A stretch of 60,395 bases of DNA from a virus (lineage: Duplodnaviria > Caudoviricetes): positions 1-60,395 of the IMG/VR virus record IMGVR_UViG_3300025647_000037; one strand, written 5' to 3'. Below the pieces are notes generated by a model. That model saw only the letters and a list, made by a program, of their open reading frames with translations. It made no database searches and was not told the origin of the DNA. The first letter of the stretch is position 1. Every line of letters starts with the position of its first letter. This document shows, piece by piece, positions 56,016 to 60,395 of this stretch. A program made the position numbers and the translations under genes.

Positions 56016-56785
56016 TGGGAATATTTGGAACTAAGAAGGAACTTCTTGGCACTGGCGGCGCTGGTGACGTCACGCTTGCCTCAATAGGAGGGGAGATCAA
56101 GGGTAAGGGTTTCAGGGAGAGAAAGAGAGCAGCCAGGCAGATGGCTAGAGCCAACAGGAAGGCTCAGAGAAAGGTTGATAAGTTCGGTGGTAGCATTGAG
56201 GACTACGGTGGGCAGAAGCTCACAAGAATGCAGCAGAGGGAGGCCGACTACTTCAAGGATCTCAGGAAGGAGAGGGCTAAGGATATAGCAGCCACCACCG
56301 CCATAGCAGCCGCTGGTGTTGCCACAGCTGGCCTCGGTGTAGCCGCAGCCCAGGCTGGTGGGGTCGGTGCAGCCATCTCTGGAGCTGGAGGACTTGGTAG
56401 CGCAATCGGATCTGGTCTCGGCACGATAGGTAGTGCCGCTGGTAGTGCACTTGGAATCGGTGGTGGAGCTGGAACTGGTACTGGTGCTGGGTTTCTCGGA
56501 AAGGAGGGTGTGAAGCGTCTAGGTAAGCAGGCTCTCAAGGCTGGCATTAAGAGAGCGGTCGCTGGATCTGGCGGTGCTCAGGGGGCTTTCAACGTGGACC
56601 CAACGCAGCAAGCTCAGTTCGAGCAACAGATGCAACAGATGCAGATGGGACCAATGATGTTTGCCCCACCACAGCAGTACCAACAGCCACCAATGCCCAC
56701 TCAGAATTACCAGCCCCCTGGGTTCGTAGGGCCGCCTGAATACACGGCATCATCGGTGTACGACCCATTCGCCTACAACGAATAA
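56015..56785 (+). CDS. Gly/Ala-rich protein, possible ejection/membrane-inserting protein
   Basis: Basic N-terminus, long Gly/Ala zipper-like segment, Gln/Pro tail. Confidence 0.6.
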   Translation: MGIFGTKKELLGTGGAGDVTLASIGGEIKGKGFRERKRAARQMARANRKAQRKVDKFGGSIEDYGGQKLTRMQQREADYFKDLRKERAKDIAATTAIAAAGVATAGLGVAAAQAGGVGAAISGAGGLGSAIGSGLGTIGSAAGSALGIGGGAGTGTGAGFLGKEGVKRLGKQALKAGIKRAVAGSGGAQGAFNVDPTQQAQFEQQMQQMQMGPMMFAPPQQYQQPPMPTQNYQPPGFVGPPEYTASSVYDPFAYNE

Positions 56786-56797
56786 GAACAGCTTTAC

Positions 56798-56805
56798 TAT
56801 CTTTG
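56798..56805 (+). promoter_or_regulatory. -7 box TATCTTTG, 4 nt before ATG 56810
   Basis: Exact consensus. Confidence 0.7.
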
Positions 56806-56809
56806 TCGC

Positions 56810-57265
56810 ATGGCTACACTGAGCGTACAGATTGACGAGAAGATCTCTCTCAACAGCAGAGACTTCGGTCAGACTAGAACAACTAGCATCACTGGCATCA
56901 ACACTGTTGACACCAGGGTGTTCGTGGCCACCTCAACGGAGATTGATCTCATCAAGTTTGACACTGCTGCTTCGGCAGGCCAATTCGTAGATGGATCACT
57001 GAAGTACATAAGAATCTCTCACCTGTCAGGTAGTGACGAACTTGAGGTGAGGGTCGTTGGGACTGACGAAGAGTATGCAGTCAACGTTCCTACAGGAGGG
57101 AGTCTCATACTCTTCAACCAGGACATGGACGCGAGGTCAACGTCAACAACCCCAGCCATCACCGCTGATGGTACGGTGGGTATTACATTTGCAAACATCA
57201 ACAAGATCTCAGTGGCATCTAGCTCCGCTGACATTACAGCAGAATACTTTGTAGCAACATCATGA
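56810..57265 (+). CDS. Small beta-rich structural protein
   Basis: MATL.V.I.E.I.LN, LKYIRISHL, AEYFVA motifs. Confidence 0.65.
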   Translation: MATLSVQIDEKISLNSRDFGQTRTTSITGINTVDTRVFVATSTEIDLIKFDTAASAGQFVDGSLKYIRISHLSGSDELEVRVVGTDEEYAVNVPTGGSLILFNQDMDARSTSTTPAITADGTVGITFANINKISVASSSADITAEYFVATS

Positions 57266-57957
57266 GAACAGTAAGCATGAAAGAGTTCCGTGGAGGCGGA
57301 ATGAACAACGAGTACGGTGACGGCGGCAGAATGCCTAAGCAACTCCTTGAGTACTTCAAGAGAAAGAACAAGGAGTACGCCATGGGCGGAGCTTACGAAG
57401 AGTATCAGGGTGGCGGTGCAGTAGATCCAAGTGAGTACCGACTCTTCAAAGAAGAGGGACAACCCATACAGTACTTCGTGAGAGGCGACGAAGGTTTTGA
57501 GCCAGCTGGTGGAGGTTCAGATCTCAGAAGGAGACTTGGTGACGAGGGTTATGCCAACGTGTTGAGCAGATTTGGAATCCAACCAGAGCTTAGTGCTGAA
57601 GGCGAACTCTTGGGGATCAAAGCATCACCAGAAGCTTACAGCGCTGCAACTGACGAATTTGCTAGAGAGCTTGCTGGATTCAGAAAGGAAGAGGATTCCA
57701 GAGGAATGGTCAGAAGCAGGTACGACGAGGATTTCTTGAACTACTTGGCTGAAGATTTGGGCGGCAGTGTTTCTAACCTCGCCTCTATGCGAGGAATGAG
57801 CGACATTGACGACGCAACGAGAAGACAGCTTGCACAGGACCTGTTCGAGAAAGAAGGACTGCCAGGTCTTGGAAGACCAGACAAGGCATTGGCGTACAGA
57901 GAATACGCTAAGAGAGTTCTGGGTCTTGGCCAGAGAGGTCCAGAGGGAGGATACTGA
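57262..57957 (+). CDS. Protein with four N-terminal aromatic-x-x-GG motifs, probable internal virion protein
   Basis: FRGGG, YGDGG, YAMGG, YQGGG in first ~52 aa. Confidence 0.65.
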   Translation: MRTVSMKEFRGGGMNNEYGDGGRMPKQLLEYFKRKNKEYAMGGAYEEYQGGGAVDPSEYRLFKEEGQPIQYFVRGDEGFEPAGGGSDLRRRLGDEGYANVLSRFGIQPELSAEGELLGIKASPEAYSAATDEFARELAGFRKEEDSRGMVRSRYDEDFLNYLAEDLGGSVSNLASMRGMSDIDDATRRQLAQDLFEKEGLPGLGRPDKALAYREYAKRVLGLGQRGPEGGY

Positions 57958-57971
57958 TCTTATTGAATATC

Positions 57972-58000
57972 AAAAAAAAGAGGCCCTTCGGGGCCTCTTT
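57972..58000. terminator. Bidirectional terminator
   Basis: A8-GAGGCCC-TTCG-GGGCCTC-TTT between convergent genes. Confidence 0.85.
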
Positions 58001-58003
58001 GCT

Positions 58004-58522
58004 TTACTTCATAAATGATACATGCACTGTTGCGTCTGTCTTCCTGGCTGTTCGTAGCGGACGACTTGCAATCGCCATACCCCCATCCATCGAAGCATCC
58101 CCATCCTCGATCAGCTTGTCCACCATCTCGTCGGTGATGCACACGGTTGTGGAGTTGCCGACCTGATTCATCTTCCCCCAGTCCCAGTACTGAAGAGTGT
58201 AGCAACGCTCCTCGAAGAACACGCATGGTGACCCGATGGGGATGTCTGCGTAAAGCACCTGCCCAAGGCTTTCGAAGGTCGCCTCTGGGTCATACCCAAA
58301 CTTATCGATGTGCGGCGAGTCTCCGTACAGTGTGCCAACGATCAGAGATCCGCTAACCTCTGTCTGAGGCTCGAAGATCATCATGATAGGACGCTCAAGG
58401 GCTACGGACTCCCTCACGAGTCGGTCACCGTTGATGAGGCTGTCAAGTGTCAGGTTTGTGAATCCCTGACCGATCGCTGCGAAGTTAATCGCGAGCATTG
58501 TGATTACAAAGTAGTTTCGCAT
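58004..58522 (-). CDS. Exported hypothetical protein (stand-alone moron)
   Basis: Signal peptide MRNYFVITMLAINFAAIG|Q; own promoter and terminator. Confidence 0.7.
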   Translation of the reverse strand: MRNYFVITMLAINFAAIGQGFTNLTLDSLINGDRLVRESVALERPIMMIFEPQTEVSGSLIVGTLYGDSPHIDKFGYDPEATFESLGQVLYADIPIGSPCVFFEERCYTLQYWDWGKMNQVGNSTTVCITDEMVDKLIEDGDASMDGGMAIASRPLRTARKTDATVHVSFMK

Positions 58523-58553
58523 GTCTTTAATTGTTTATCTTTGAACTCTGACG

Positions 58554-58608
58554 CTATGATATGTCGAATCCTTGTCTTTTCCAAATATCGACGGTTAACG
58601 AGTGTTAA
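58554..58608 (-). promoter_or_regulatory. Promoter with palindrome: TTAAC-ACTC-GTTAA, 9 nt, TTTG, 20 nt, TATCATAG
   Basis: Same spacing as the 37399 promoter; -7 box has two mismatches. Confidence 0.65.
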
Positions 58609-58683
58609 TGAACAAGCACTACTTCAACCCCAAGAAGAAGAGAAAGGACTCAGCCATAGAGAATGAAAAGAGACGCCTTAACA

Positions 58684-59154
58684 ATGAAGCTGTCAAAAAA
58701 TCTATCACTCGCCGAAGCAACCAAGAGCACAACAGCTAAGAGGCTCGGCATAGACAACACGCCAGATGAATGGACAACGGAGAATCTTAGACAGATTGCT
58801 GTCAATGTATTTCAACCTCTTAGGGACGCTCTCGGATGCCCTATATACGTGTCGTCAGGCTATCGTGGACCTGAGCTCAACCGTGCTATCGGCGGTGCGA
58901 AGCGTAGTCAGCACATGGAAGGAAGAGCACTCGATCTGGACGCAGACGTATACGGAGGTTGTACAAACGCTGAGATCTTCCACTACATTAAAGACAATCT
59001 GGAGTTTGATCAGCTGGTGTGGGAGTTTGGTGATGAAGACAATCCTGATTGGGTTCACGTGTCTTTCGTTTACGATGGGGTTAATCGTAAGAGGTGCCTC
59101 AAGGCTTGTCGTGATGATCAAGGAAAGACTTACTACGAAGTAATCTTTGACTAA
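58684..59154 (+). CDS. Peptidase M15A-family endolysin
   Basis: KLSKNLSLAE, SSGYR..ELN.AIGG...SQH.EG.A.D, FDQL.WE, WVHVS; start 58684 or 58663. Confidence 0.88.
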   Translation: MKLSKNLSLAEATKSTTAKRLGIDNTPDEWTTENLRQIAVNVFQPLRDALGCPIYVSSGYRGPELNRAIGGAKRSQHMEGRALDLDADVYGGCTNAEIFHYIKDNLEFDQLVWEFGDEDNPDWVHVSFVYDGVNRKRCLKACRDDQGKTYYEVIFD

Positions 59155-59579
59155 GATCTAGACTCTAGATCCCTGTAGAAGTCCTGCACCAGCAGTCTAG
59201 CCTTCTGGGTTATGGCGTACCTGACTCGGTAGTTATGCTTCGTCTCCTCCCTGAACAGGTGATCCTCTCTCGTCTGTGACGGCGTGAGTCTGTCGAAGTG
59301 CTTGTAGACATACCCCTCCTTCATGAGCGGATACAATGTCTTCTGAGCCATGGGTGCAGAGCTCTGCTCTAACTCCTTGGCCGCATGCTTGATTGTGAAG
59401 AACTCAAGGTCGTATGCCCACAGCAAAAACATGAGCTCTCTCTCGAAGATATCTCTGCTAACGCAGAAGTTTCTCACGGTAGTTCTCAGGTGCTTGAGGT
59501 AGTTTCTTTTGACGTACCTTTGGTCAAGAGGGGAGAACTCCCTGAAGAGACGCTTCTTGGATCCCTTCCTAATCGCCAT
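59151..59579 (-). CDS. Winged-helix (MarR-like) DNA-binding protein
   Basis: ELMFLL..YD, LYPLMKEGYV, wing then YAITQKARLLV. Confidence 0.6.
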   Translation of the reverse strand: MAIRKGSKKRLFREFSPLDQRYVKRNYLKHLRTTVRNFCVSRDIFERELMFLLWAYDLEFFTIKHAAKELEQSSAPMAQKTLYPLMKEGYVYKHFDRLTPSQTREDHLFREETKHNYRVRYAITQKARLLVQDFYRDLESRS

Positions 59580-59584
59580 AAAAC

Positions 59585-59592
59585 CAAAGATA
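59585..59592 (-). promoter_or_regulatory. -7 box TATCTTTG, 5 nt before ATG 59579
   Basis: CAAAGATA on + strand in the short divergent gap. Confidence 0.65.
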
Positions 59593-59897
59593 TGGACAAA
59601 GAGGGTTTCTTGTTAGAGATACAGAGGGTTGCTTTCGAGGTTGAGCGCATCATTGAGAAGTACGGTGTGCGCGACGAGGTGTTGTCCTTGATGGTTACTG
59701 GACTGGTCGAAGAGGATCATGATGGCGACAAGAGGTTGAAGGCCATCTACAGTTACAACATGGATAGCGAGGATGAGATGCTTAGTCTTCTTAACTTTGT
59801 AGAAGAAACATTCATACCATCCTCAAAGGGAGATGACGACGAAGACGACCCAGACATCGACGATCTCCTGGATGGGCTGGGTATATCACTGAATTGA
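59592..59897 (+). CDS. Acidic hypothetical protein
   Basis: Likely ATG 59592 (MDKEGFLLEI) within the listed ORF. Confidence 0.65.
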   Translation: MDKEGFLLEIQRVAFEVERIIEKYGVRDEVLSLMVTGLVEEDHDGDKRLKAIYSYNMDSEDEMLSLLNFVEETFIPSSKGDDDEDDPDIDDLLDGLGISLN

Positions 59898-59898
59898 A

Positions 59899-60135
59899 AT
59901 GGAAGGACTTATTAGAAAGATCGTGATCGGTCAGAACCCAAAGGACGGGATGGCCTATTACATAGGCATGAAGGCTGGAAGCGGCAACGTGTCAGCCATA
60001 GTGCTTGACGAGGAGCATCTTCACAGACACAAGATGAAGAGGTACCTGGTTTATATCAAGCGAGAAGACGGTCAGGTCCTTTGGAAGGCTATCGACGAGA
60101 TGCCTTGCATGGTTGAGTTTGATCTTGACTTCTGA
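59899..60135 (+). CDS. Conserved-looking phage protein
   Basis: IRKIVIG..PKDGMAYYIG...LWK....MP..VE.D. Confidence 0.7.
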   Translation: MEGLIRKIVIGQNPKDGMAYYIGMKAGSGNVSAIVLDEEHLHRHKMKRYLVYIKREDGQVLWKAIDEMPCMVEFDLDF

Positions 60136-60284
60136 TGAAAAGGATCCCCAAGGGTTTAGGCGATAGCATAGCCAGGTTCAACGAGATCATGGGGGTGACT
60201 AAGGTTGTCAACAAGGTTGTCAAGGACTGTGGCTGCAAGAAGAGGCAAGATAAATTGAACAAGCTCTTTCCTTACAAGAAATGA
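60135..60284 (+). CDS. Small CGC-motif protein, 49 aa, absent from ORF track
   Basis: KGLGDSIA...DCGCKKRQDKLNKLFPY, a recognisable phage family pattern. Confidence 0.8.
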   Translation: MKRIPKGLGDSIARFNEIMGVTKVVNKVVKDCGCKKRQDKLNKLFPYKK

Positions 60285-60302
60285 AATTCAATCCAACATA
60301 TA

Positions 60303-60395
60303 ATGAAAACGTTCAACTTCTTTGTCGTAGAGCTGAAGAAGCTCATCAACGACACGATCAAGACTGACAGTGGGTTAGAGCTGTACATAGACACC
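60303..60395 (+). CDS. GroES-like co-chaperonin, N-terminus (3' truncated)
   Basis: FFVVE...TIKTDSGLELY resembles the GroES first strand and mobile loop; only 31 codons visible. Confidence 0.45.
   Translation, partial: MKTFNFFVVELKKLINDTIKTDSGLELYIDT

Noticed and set aside
58608-58739. 43-aa basic ORF (MNKHYFNPKKKRKD...) before the endolysin
   Set aside because: Plausible, with a TATCTTTG box at 58536-58543, but it overlaps the operator and the endolysin start and has no recognisable motif, so I did not call it
1-60395. Stop-codon reassignment as in some crAss-like phages
   Set aside because: Genes tile densely under the standard code and TAA, TAG and TGA all end genes
1-60395. CRISPR array, diversity-generating retroelement, intron or intein
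   Set aside because: No regularly spaced repeats, reverse transcriptase motif or splicing motifs seen by eye; subtle cases could be missed

Overview
The whole window is a tailed dsDNA phage genome, probably nearly complete, from a Bacteroidota (marine Flavobacteriia-type) host. It opens inside the terminase large subunit and ends in a GroES-like gene. + strand 1-40.7 kb: terminase, portal, fibre and LamG-like proteins, small basic proteins, scaffold, major capsid, tail ring and tubular proteins, ejection/internal proteins (one with a GH19 domain, one 2647-aa polyvalent protein), a holin cluster, a non-coding RNA cassette and two predicted type IX secretion (T9SS) substrates. - strand 40.8-54.1 kb: class II RNR, nucleases, primase-helicase, SSB, annealing protein/exonuclease and about 20 small early ORFs. 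+ strand 54.7-60.4 kb: more virion genes, an M15 endolysin and a wHTH gene (on -). The host call rests on repeated TAnnTTTG promoter boxes, SD-less A/C-rich leaders and T9SS C-terminal signals. I saw no integrase, DNA polymerase, RNA polymerase or CRISPR array. Most notable: (i) phage-encoded T9SS cargo sharing a dockerin-like module with a tail protein; (ii) a tRNA-like RNA followed by a GU-rich small RNA complementary to the phage's own early-gene leaders; (iii) a TTAAC-N4-GTTAA operator at fixed spacing before three promoters; (iv) many apparently leaderless genes; (v) recurring aromatic-x-x-G-G and LFQ peptide motifs at domain boundaries of virion proteins. All family calls are motif recognition by eye, not database searches.
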